In this document: positions 48,625 through 57,540 of the stretch, piece by piece | Numbering within the stretch: position 1 is the first letter of the stretch | How the letters are laid out: each line of letters starts with the position of its first letter | From: an uncultured Acidobacteriota bacterium | GTDB lineage: Bacteria > Acidobacteriota > Terriglobia > Terriglobales > Acidobacteriaceae | Reading direction: 5' to 3' | Assembly (NCBI GenBank): GCA_963823295.1 | Contig: CAWGLF010000017.1 | Location: forward strand, 66,750 to 130,749 | DNA length: 64,000 nucleotides | The notes under the pieces: model-generated | Database searches by the model: none | What the model was told of the DNA's origin: nothing | Seen by the model: only the letters and a program-made list of their open reading frames with translations | Translations under genes and position numbers: made by a program

Positions 48625-50743
48625 TCACGGCAGGGCAAACGCGACGTAGATACCTTCTGCGGGAACTGTATTCTCTTTGCTGCCGCCGTCCGCTATCACT
48701 ACATATTGTTTTCCGTTGACCATATAGGTTGCGGGTGTTGCTGCGGCGGCGGAGGGCAATCCGGTCTCCCACAAAAGCTTGCCGGTGTGGCTGTCGAACG
48801 CGCGAAATTTGTTGTCGTAAACGGTCGCGCCGATGAAGAGAATGCCGCCCGCCGTAACCACCGGACCGCCATAGCTCTCCGAACCGGTATTCCTCACGCC
48901 TTTGGCTGCCAGCGTCGGATACTCTCCGAGCGGAACCTTCCATAGATAGGCGCCGGTATTCAGGTCAATTGCATTTAGCGTGCCCCAGGGGGTCGAAATG
49001 GCTGGATAGCCATCCTGATCCAGAAACCTGCGATATCCGGTAAAGCGGTATTGCACGGCTTCCGCCTTGTCGCTCATCGTTCTCGGTTCCGTGTGGCCGC
49101 CATTCTTCAAGTATTCGATAAGAGCGGTTATCTGATCCTGGTTCAGGTTGGGAAAGGCAGGCATCCTGCCTCCGCCCTGATGGATTTTTTCCGTGATCTG
49201 CTGAGACGTGAGCCGATCAGTGATCCCAACCAGTGAAGGAAAGGTCGGCGGGGAGCCGGTTCGGTTCGAGCCGTGGCATAGGCCACACTGGCTCTGATAA
49301 ATATTTTTTCCCAGATCTCCGGATGGCTGTTCGGCGGTAAGGCCGCCTGTCCATGCCATCTCATTGGAGTTGATGTAGATCACATTCGTCGTCGGATCAA
49401 CCGCAGGGCCGCCCCATTCCGCGCCGCCGTCGAAACCGGGAAAAACGATTGTCTGTTGATTCAAGCTGAGAGGAACGAATTGCCCATCGCTGCGAAATGT
49501 CTTGAATTGCTTCAATGCGTAGGAATGCGCCGCGGGGGTTCGCGTCGTCAGCAGGTCCGCGGTGAGAAATTGACGAGCGAAAGGTTTGGGAGCCAGAGGC
49601 ATCGGCTGTGTCGGAGAAGCAACTTCGCCGGGGACAGTGCTGGCCGGATATTTGCGCTCCACAATCGGGAACAGCGGATTGCCCGTCGCGCGATCGAACA
49701 GATAGATATATCCCTGCTTGGTGGTCTGCGCGACAGCGTCGATGCGTTTGCCGTCGCGTTCCACCGTGAGCAGCGCGGGAGGCGAAGGAAAGTCCCGGTC
49801 CCAGATATCGTGGTGAACTCCCTGGAAATACCAGATGCGTTTGCCGGTTTCGGCATCGAGCGCCAGCAGCGTGTCGGCAAACAAGTCATTGCCCACTCGG
49901 TCGGCGCCGTAGAAGTCGAACACCGCCGATCCTGTGGGCACATAGACGATGCCGCGCTGAGCATCGAGCGCCATTCCGGACCAGTTGTTTGCGGCGCCCG
50001 CAGCTTTTCCATGCGTCTTTGGGCCAGGTGTTGTAGCCGAATTCGCCGGGGTGGGGAATGGTATGAAACGTCCAGCGCAGCGCTCCGGTGCGAACATCGA
50101 ACGCCCGAATATCGCCGGGAGGCGCAGGATGCGTTTCCGGTTCGCGGCCACCGACGATGATCAGATCTTTGTAGACCATGCCGGGGCTGGTGAGGGCGAT
50201 ATCCTGCAAGCGGTAATCGCGGCCCAGACCTTTTCGCAGGTCGACTCTGCCGGCTTCTCCAAACTCACGAACAGGTTTGCCGGTGGCAGCGTCGAGCGCA
50301 TACAGATAATTCATCACACCGGCAAAAACACGGCTCTCCTTGCCGTCGGTCCAGTAGGCAAGGCCACGTGCCGGGGCGGTACCGAAAATTCCGGAATCGA
50401 ATTTCCAAAGCAGCTTGCCGGAGGCGGCGTCGAGGGCGATCACTTTCTCGGTCGGTGTAAAGGCATAAAGAACACGCCCGACGATGATCGGGCTGGTCTG
50501 TAGAATCCCCTTTTCGCCGGTATCGAATTTCCATGCTGTTTCGAGCTTGCCGACATCCGCGCGGTTAATTTGGGTAAGCGGGGAGTAATGGTCGAATGAG
50601 GCCTGACCGCCATATACCGGCCAGTCCACCGATTTCTGCCCGCCTGATTCAGAGCCCTGGGCTAAGCCATGCACCGGCCACGTCAGTGCATAGACGATTG
50701 CCAAAGCTGCGATGGCAACTCGCATTACATTTTTACTTTTCAT
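48625..50743 (-). pseudogene. PQQ-dependent dehydrogenase (glucose/quinate family) with embedded cytochrome c domain, one frameshift
   Basis: N-terminal part in ORF 49886..50902(-), start taken at MKSKNVMRVAIAAL, 50743: DWPVYGGQASFDHYSPL, TSPIIVGRVLY. C-terminal part in ORF 48625..50151(-): GVHHDIWDRDFPSPPALL, then an inserted haem site YQSQCGLCHGSNRTGSPPTFPSL...GGGRMPAF, then further propeller blades. Removing one T from TTTT 50005..50008 gives ...[22 protein letters not shown].... Confidence 0.75.
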
Positions 50744-51250
50744 TGGAAGGTCATCGTACCATCGCCGCAGATTCAACATTGTCCTTTCTGAACAGCTTAC
50801 AAGAATGAAGGATCGTGCCATGTAGCGCGCCCTGTAGCCTTTGAATGGCCTGCACCGACACCCAGGCGCGTGGATGATCGGCGTGATTTTCCGGCGAGAC
50901 ATCCGTCAGAGAGGTGAAAGTCACAAGAAACATCATCTGCCAGCACAGCACAGGCCGATCCTTGACAGGACCATTTCCAAACGATACAAGACTGAAGAAA
51001 AATTCAAACGGTTCAATATAAATGACGATCGGCTTTTTGGCCGGGAGTCGCCGCATTCCGCAGTAGCGCCGATCATCGTTACCATTGGATCGGCTGCACC
51101 GTCTTATAAAGCGGGTCAGTGCAAAGCTGCGAGTTTTTGCAGCAGGCCCGTCCAGGCCTCTGTTGATATAGAAGAGACAACATGCGCAAGCCTGGCGAGA
51201 GTCAGCAGGCATTGGACCCACTCTTCATATTTCTAGAGATAGGAGTAATC

Positions 51251-52585
51251 ATGGATCGACGTTCTTTCGTCAGTATGGCGGTGGGCGGCACTGTTGCGAT
51301 GGCGACCGGAATCGGCCGGGACGAGCTTGCGAATGCAGCAATTCCTCAGGACAGGTATCCGGCGGATGAAAAAGACCTGAAGGGCCGATGGGAAAAGCTG
51401 GACACTGCGATCCGCGGCTGGTGGGATGGCGATCTGCACCGTGCGATGGAAGAGCAAATCCGAAGAGATCCGAACAAGACGCTGATCTTCCTCCCCTTCC
51501 CCTACATCACCGGGGGCGGGTCGGAGGCTGCTTTCCCAGAGATCTATGGGTGGGACACGCAGTTCGTCAACGTGGCGCTGCTGGACCATGATCGCCCGGA
51601 TATCGTGCGGAACAACATGCTCGATCAACTTGCGATGATTGAGCGTTTCGGGAAGGTCCTGAACGGGAACCGCACGTTCTACGAAACGCGAGGTCAGCCT
51701 CCGCTGCTGGCCTGGAGTGTGCAGAACTATCTGGCCGTAAAAAAGGACGACGATGAACTGGCGATGCTTGCCTACCCGCTGCTCGAGCGCTCCTATATCG
51801 GCTACTGGAATGCTCCGGGCCACAGCACACCTACAGGATTGTCCACATGCCGCGATTCCGGTCGTGCCGATAGCGACTTGTCAAACGAGGAGGCTTCGGA
51901 ATGCGAGGCGGGACTGGATTTTACGCCTATTTTTGGTGGCCAAATCACCCAATGCGTGCCGATCCATGTCAACTGTTCGCTGGTGAAGCAGGTCCAGACG
52001 CTGGCGATGCTGGCGGATCGGTTCGGCTGGAGTAACAAGGCCGCGCATTGGCGCAAGGAAGCCGACGACCGCGGCCGCCGCATCAACCAGTACTGCTGGG
52101 ATGAGGGCAAAGGATGCTACTTCGAATACAACTACGTTAAAAAGGAGCGCCTGCCCTATTACTCGCTCAACGCGTATTGGCCGCTCTGGGCGGGGATTGC
52201 TTCGAAGGCTCAGGCGAAGCGCATAGTCGGTCGTCTGGGAATGTTCGACCGTCCTTATGGGCTGACTTTTACTGACAAGAACTATCCCAATCCGCACCCG
52301 CGGTTCCATGCTCTGGAATGGGCTTATCCGGAAGCGTGGCCGCCGCAGCAGATCATTGTTGCCCAGGCCTTACAGCGGTACGGTTACGGTGACCAGGCGC
52401 GCAGCGTGAGCCGCCGTTATATTGCCAACGTGGTGACGACGTGGGAAAAGACCGGTCTGCTCTGGGAGCGCTATAACGGTGTCGATGGCGGCCATCTAGT
52501 CCCGCTGGAGCGAAAAGAGCCGCAACCGCTGCACGGTTTTTCTTCCGCCGCGGCCGTCGTGTGTGGACGGGTGGCGTTCGGTTAG
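51251..52585 (+). CDS. GH37 trehalase-like glycoside hydrolase with twin-arginine leader
   Basis: AGGAG lies 6 nt before ATG 51251. MDRRSFVSMAVGGTVAMATG leader. Motifs: FPEIYGWDTQF, RGQPPLLAWSV, ECEAGLDF, LEWAYPEAWPPQQ resemble the trehalase signature blocks. Confidence 0.65.
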   Translation: MDRRSFVSMAVGGTVAMATGIGRDELANAAIPQDRYPADEKDLKGRWEKLDTAIRGWWDGDLHRAMEEQIRRDPNKTLIFLPFPYITGGGSEAAFPEIYGWDTQFVNVALLDHDRPDIVRNNMLDQLAMIERFGKVLNGNRTFYETRGQPPLLAWSVQNYLAVKKDDDELAMLAYPLLERSYIGYWNAPGHSTPTGLSTCRDSGRADSDLSNEEASECEAGLDFTPIFGGQITQCVPIHVNCSLVKQVQTLAMLADRFGWSNKAAHWRKEADDRGRRINQYCWDEGKGCYFEYNYVKKERLPYYSLNAYWPLWAGIASKAQAKRIVGRLGMFDRPYGLTFTDKNYPNPHPRFHALEWAYPEAWPPQQIIVAQALQRYGYGDQARSVSRRYIANVVTTWEKTGLLWERYNGVDGGHLVPLERKEPQPLHGFSSAAAVVCGRVAFG

Positions 52586-52777
52586 AAAGCCCATTCCGCT
52601 ATCGCCCGCTCTTCTCAGCGATAGAATCGCCGAAGCCTAGCCGCTCATCCCGATCCACAGACAAAGAATCGGCCCACTGTTTTGAAGCCGCCCGGAATTA
52701 CTGTGAATCGCGATTCTGATGGTGTCCGCCTCGGTCATCCCGGTCTCCGTAGTAGAGCAGCGGATCGACGATTGCGG

Positions 52778-54004
52778 TTAGCGCCGGTACCAGGATCCAT
52801 CGGAGTTGAGGATGCCGAGATTGTCTTGATTTCCCGGATACGAAACTTCCCAATCCATCCAGGCGATGCCCATGCCCTGTTGGTCGCGGGAGAAAATCGG
52901 GCCGCCTTGAGAACCGAGCTTCCCGTTCAGATAGCCGTCCAGCATATTTGCCCAATCCTGATCATCCGGATTTTGCTGTAAACCAGTCCCGCTCTCGCCG
53001 TCCCAAACCGGAGCGATATTCTCGGATTCGAGATACCCAAAGGAACTATTCATCGCTTGAATCGCGGCTGGGCTGCTGCTGGAACCGAACAGGGAGGAAA
53101 TTCCGGAAACGGAATTCGGATAAAGGTGGACATCGTAAACCACTTTATCCCTAATGGTGCGTCCGTTCACGGTGAACACCACTGGGGTATTCTTGACGCC
53201 GGTGCAATCTCCCCAGGGAGCATTTCCATAGGTGCCGTCAAACAGCGTTCCTGAATAGTTCTGCGGGCATTCCGCAAAAATCAGCTTGCTTGGATCCCTA
53301 GAAAGAATGGCCGACCCTACAGTTTGATACATGAGATGGATATCGCGATCGGTTCCATCTCCCCACGTCGATAAGCCGTAACTTAGCGGCTCATTCCAGA
53401 GGTCGTATCCGATTACGGTGTCGTTGTGGGCATAGCGGGATGCGATGGCAACCCAGTCGCTTTGATAGGACGCTTGCGTGGTGTGCCCGGGGTCCTCGCA
53501 GCCGTCCGTTCCATCCGATGCGCCGCCAAGATCGTACCAGATTCCGTTTGCCTGCTGGGCAGCGCAATCGTTCGTGTAACCATTATTGCTTCCATAGTTT
53601 CCTTCATTGTCATGATCGACAATGATGACTCGGACCCGGGCACGCCCGGCTGCGGCCACCACTTGATCCAGTGACGAGAGGAACGCCGATACATTGCCCT
53701 GATGAAGCGAGATATTGTTGAAATCTACGCGAATGCAATTGAACCCGCCCGCGGCCATGGCGTTCACATTCGCTTGATATCCGTCGTACGGCCCGTTCAG
53801 GTTCGATAGCGGATGGTCCAGCGCGTTCATTCCTGACCAGTAAACACAAGAAAGTCGAACGGGATTCTGGGTCCGGTCAACGACCTGATTTCCTTTAGTG
53901 CTAAACATTCCGCTCGGGAGTGGTAAAGGTTTTTCTGCCTGAACGCTTATAGTCGCGGCTGCGGCGGCAAGTATGCCTATTGTTAAAAGAGTGGGGAGCT
54001 TCAT
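52778..54004 (-). CDS. GH5 (cellulase-family) glycoside hydrolase, paralogue of 42807..44122
   Basis: From ATG 54004..54002: signal peptide MKLPTLLTIGILAAAAATISVQA, VRLSCVYWSG, GFNCIRVDF, VRVIIVDHDNEGNYG, VIGYDLWNEP, PVWDGESG. Confidence 0.75.
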   Translation of the reverse strand: MKLPTLLTIGILAAAAATISVQAEKPLPLPSGMFSTKGNQVVDRTQNPVRLSCVYWSGMNALDHPLSNLNGPYDGYQANVNAMAAGGFNCIRVDFNNISLHQGNVSAFLSSLDQVVAAAGRARVRVIIVDHDNEGNYGSNNGYTNDCAAQQANGIWYDLGGASDGTDGCEDPGHTTQASYQSDWVAIASRYAHNDTVIGYDLWNEPLSYGLSTWGDGTDRDIHLMYQTVGSAILSRDPSKLIFAECPQNYSGTLFDGTYGNAPWGDCTGVKNTPVVFTVNGRTIRDKVVYDVHLYPNSVSGISSLFGSSSSPAAIQAMNSSFGYLESENIAPVWDGESGTGLQQNPDDQDWANMLDGYLNGKLGSQGGPIFSRDQQGMGIAWMDWEVSYPGNQDNLGILNSDGSWYRR

Positions 54005-54257
54005 CACGCACCTGCTTTCCAATTTCACAGCGTATTGAATGGATTGAGTACTATTTAACCGTGCTACGCTACGCTTTCGTCGGTTGTCAAGCTTCGCTTT
54101 CTCAATGTTGCTCACCGGCTATGTTGCTCTTGACTTCGGAAGGCGTGTGATTTTCAATCGCTTGAATGTCCCATGAGCATGCAGGCTGGCCGTTGAGCGA
54201 AAGTTGAGCCGGTCGCGATCGGATATCTCACCGAGGATTAAAGTGGCAGATTCGAAA

Positions 54258-55013
54258 ATGACACGACGTGAAATGTTGATGAACGCCGGCAAGGCGGCTC
54301 CAGGGCTTGCAGTCGCTGCAGCGGCGATAACGGGCGCAGGCGAAGATCGGATTGCTTCGCAGGAAACTGAGAGAAGCAAATTGAAGGTGGTTGTCACCGG
54401 CGGTCATCCCGGCGATCCCGAATATGGCTGCGGCGGGACCATTGCACGCTACACCGATGCCGGCGACGAAGTGGTTCTGCTCTACATGAACAACGGCGCA
54501 TGGCCGCCGACACCGGCACCGGTGCGAGTCGCCGAGGCGGCGAAGGCGTGCAAAATATTGGGCGCTCGGCCTGCGTACGTGGGACAGATAAACGGCCATG
54601 CTGTGGTGGACAATGCCCACTACGAGGAGTTTCGCCGGATTCTGGAAGCGGAGAAGCCCGACGTAGTGTTCGATCAATGGCCGATCGACCATCATCCCGA
54701 TCACCGCGCACTTACATTGCTGGTGCTCGATGCATGGCTGGCATCCGGCAAAAAGTTTGCGCTGTATTACTACGAAGTTGCTCAAGATACGATGATGTTC
54801 ACGCCGGCGGAATTCGTGGATATTACCGCTGTAGAATCCCGCAAGCGCGCTGCTTGTTATGCGCACGCGTCGCAAACACCGGACTACTGGTGGGGGCTGC
54901 AGGAGCAACTCCAAAATTTTCGCGGGACCGAGAGCGGCTATAAGCAGGCGGAGGGCTTTCTCCGTCATTGGGAAAGCAAGAGCATTGTGCTTCCTGGACA
55001 AGAGTCGCTGTGA
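54258..55013 (+). CDS. PIG-L/LmbE-family deacetylase 1 with twin-arginine leader
   Basis: MTRREMLMNAGKAAPGLAVAAAAITGAG leader. Motifs: VVVTGGHPGDPEYGCGGTIARY (xHPDDxE-type zinc motif variant), WPIDHHPDHRA. Confidence 0.8.
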   Translation: MTRREMLMNAGKAAPGLAVAAAAITGAGEDRIASQETERSKLKVVVTGGHPGDPEYGCGGTIARYTDAGDEVVLLYMNNGAWPPTPAPVRVAEAAKACKILGARPAYVGQINGHAVVDNAHYEEFRRILEAEKPDVVFDQWPIDHHPDHRALTLLVLDAWLASGKKFALYYYEVAQDTMMFTPAEFVDITAVESRKRAACYAHASQTPDYWWGLQEQLQNFRGTESGYKQAEGFLRHWESKSIVLPGQESL

Positions 55014-55087
55014 CGCCGCTGTTCTGAAGCTGCTTCGGTTATCGGATGCATGATTGATCTGCTTGAATTGACGAAAAAGGTGATCCA

Positions 55088-55861
55088 GTGGGAGTAACCC
55101 GAAGAGACGTATTGCTGGGCGCGGGTAAATTGGCAGCGGGACTGGCCGCGGGTGTTCCGGCAATCGAAGCTACCGCGGACACGAAGCAGGATCAAAAGAA
55201 ACTCGCATCGCGCACGCTGAAGGTTATTGTGACTGGCGGCCATCCCGGCGATCCGGAGTGCGGCTGCGGCGGCACCATTGCCCGTTATACCGATATGGGG
55301 CATGATGTCATTCTTCTGTACATGAATCGTGGAGAAGGATATTGCAACGAGCCCGGTCAACCCAGAGGGGAAGCTTGTGGCACCATTCGCACTGCCGAAG
55401 CGCAGAAAGCCTGCGAGATTCTGAAAGCGCACCCCGCCTTCGTGGGCCAGTATGACGATCGCGGGGTTGTCGATAACGATCACTACGATGAGTTTCGCAA
55501 GTTATACGACAGCGAGAAGCCGGATGTCGTGCTTGCGCAGTGGCCGATCGACGGCCATCCCGATCATCGCGCGCTTTCGACGCTCGTCCTCGATGCGTGG
55601 CTGAAATCCGGTCAGAAAGCCGCGCTTTATTACTACGAGGTTGCCGAAGATACGATGATGTTTGCGCCGGCGCAGTTTGTGGACATATCCGCTGTGGAGG
55701 CCCGCAAGCGTGCGGCATGTTACGCCCATGCTTCACAAAATCCAGACAAGTGGTATCCGCTGGAAGAACAGATTACCCGGTTTCGCGGCACGCAAAGCGG
55801 ATATAAGCAGGCCGAGGGCTTTATCAGGCATTGGTTCAGCCGAGGCAATCTGCTTCCCTGA
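55088..55861 (+). CDS. PIG-L/LmbE-family deacetylase 2 with twin-arginine leader (tandem paralogue)
   Basis: GVTRRDVLLGAGKLAAGLAAGVPA leader. Motifs: VIVTGGHPGDPECGCGGTIARY, WPIDGHPDHRA. Colinear with the preceding gene over its whole length. Confidence 0.8.
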   Translation: MGVTRRDVLLGAGKLAAGLAAGVPAIEATADTKQDQKKLASRTLKVIVTGGHPGDPECGCGGTIARYTDMGHDVILLYMNRGEGYCNEPGQPRGEACGTIRTAEAQKACEILKAHPAFVGQYDDRGVVDNDHYDEFRKLYDSEKPDVVLAQWPIDGHPDHRALSTLVLDAWLKSGQKAALYYYEVAEDTMMFAPAQFVDISAVEARKRAACYAHASQNPDKWYPLEEQITRFRGTQSGYKQAEGFIRHWFSRGNLLP

Positions 55862-55981
55862 GACCTGGTCTCATCTGGAGCACTGTCATTCCGAGCCCTT
55901 CGGCTTCGGTCAGGATGGATTGCCCAAGCAAGTCGCGCGGAAGCTGCGGTTTGCAGTGAGCGGAACGACTCTCCGCATTCC

Positions 55982-57077
55982 TCAGTCTTTCCGGCCAGAC
56001 TTTTTCTTTCGCGCCGTGGATCCGCGTGGCACTAGCAGCGGAGCCATCAGGTGCCCGTCTCCGAGTCTGCTGAGGCTGTCCTCCTTCCGATCGTTCCAAG
56101 TGTTTCAAAATGTATGCGGCTGCGTATTCTCCCATTTCGCTCATCGGCTGCTGGATCGTACTTAATGCCGGGGTGCTCAGCGCCGCTGCGGGAATATCAT
56201 CGAAGCCGATCACGGAGCAGTCTTCCGGCACGCGCCGGCCCGCCTCCGAAAGGGCTCGGATCGCGCCATAAGCGGTCAGATCATCGAAGGCCAGGATCGC
56301 GGTAAACCGCTCGCCTGACTGGATCAGGTTGTTCGTCAGCCGCAGGCCGCCTTCGAAACCCGAGTTGGAGCCCGTTGTGCCCGGCAACTCATGAACCAGC
56401 GAGGGGTTCAACCGCAGCCCGCTCTCCCTGGCAAAACGGCGGATGCCCTGCCATCGAATTCGGCTGTCGGCCACCCGTCGCGGTCCGCGCACGATCGCGA
56501 TTTCCCGATGGCCGAGATCGTAAAGATGCTTAATTGCCGCGTATCCGCCGGCTTCATTGTCGACCAGCACGGAATTGATGGTGGGAGATCCGAGATCGCG
56601 TCCGACGACGATGGCCGGGATCTGCTGCTCGTCGATCTCCTCCAGCAGGGAGATGTCGAAAAGCAGCCAATTGGCGACGGTAATCAATCCTTCCACGCGG
56701 CGCTCGACCATCATTTCGAGATAACGCTCCATCTGCTGGGGCTGATTGTGCGCATCCATCACGATTGGCAAATAGGCCGTCGGCAGCAGCTTGCGCTCGA
56801 TCCCCTGCAGAATCAGAGTGCAGAAAGGGTCCGCAAGATCAATGACGAGGACGCCGATCGTGTGGCTACGCTGGCTGCGCAGCGAACGGGCGAATACGTT
56901 GGGCCGGTAACCGAGCCGGGTTGCGGCGTCGGTGATTTTTTTCTTCGTTTTTGCGGGGATATAGCGCGATAAAGGGGCTTCATTCAGCACCAGCGAGACG
57001 GTGGATGGTGAGAACCCGGTCGCCCGCGCTACGTCCGCCAGCGTCACGCGTTTATTTTTGGAGCTTACCCTGCTCAT
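55982..57077 (-). pseudogene. LacI-family transcriptional regulator, C-terminus frameshifted
   Basis: HTH VTLADVARATGFSPSTVSLVLN plus a periplasmic-binding-fold core. ORF 55836..57077(-) runs on into an atypical 70-aa tail that overlaps the PIG-L gene. The adjacent frame reads GDGHLMAPLLVPRGSTARKKKSGRKD-stop (TGA at 55984..55982), which is the canonical LacI C-terminal L.P.L(I/V).R.ST motif. A candidate indel is at CCC 56054..56056. Confidence 0.75.
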
Positions 57078-57334
57078 TCTTCTCGTTCCAAATTACTTCC
57101 TGATCCAGACACATCGGTCGAACTTTCTGTAATACCCAACCCGCCCGACGCATCTGTTGCGGCTACAGAATAACCTTCTTTCCTGTGAACCGGGGCCGGT
57201 TGTCAGAGAAATTTAATAATTCGTTTGAATTGGATTGCTCGGGCTGCTTTTGCGGACCTCGCACCTGAGTGCGGCGTCATGTCCTCTGCCGGATCTACAG
57301 TTGCCACCAGACTTATTTCCGAAGCTGGCCGCTC

Positions 57335-57363
57335 TTGACATGCTCTTCACCGAGTCGCATAAT
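57335..57363 (+). promoter_or_regulatory. Sigma70-like promoter candidate upstream of the TonB receptor gene
   Basis: TTGACA (57335..57340), a 17-nt spacer, then CATAAT (57358..57363), ~180 nt upstream of ATG 57541, in the LacI/receptor divergent intergenic region. Sequence match only. Confidence 0.3.
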
Positions 57364-57540
57364 TGGCGTCCAAGGTGAACATGCGTAATCATTCATAACG
57401 AATCGATGACGCCAGATTGGAAACGAAATGATCTCCAACATCCAAAGGGCTTTTCCAAGCTCTTTCGAATAATTCGGCGTGTTCTCCCCTGACCAGATCG
57501 AGAACGAAGCCATTCCTAACGAAGTTCGTGGAGGCAGAGA

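Noticed and set aside
50744-51250. ORFs 50751..51221(-) and 50841..51236(+) in the 0.5-kb divergent spacer between the PQQ quinohaemoprotein and the trehalase-like gene
   Set aside because: They are mutually antisense, of odd composition, with no motifs or leaders. The region is AT-richer and more likely to be a promoter/regulatory spacer.
3093-56056. Programmed ribosomal frameshifting or recoding as an explanation for the split genes
   Set aside because: The disruptions occur in about 15 unrelated gene families, in both +1 and -1 senses. They lack a common slippery heptamer or downstream structure. Indel error or pseudogenisation is far more parsimonious.
57466-57476. Palindrome CGAATAATTCG (and AATTC-N4-GAATT near 57215) as LacI operators
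   Set aside because: The arms are only 5 bp, which is expected by chance in a 460-nt AT-richer spacer, and they do not resemble the usual TGxAAxCGxTTxCA LacI/GalR consensus.
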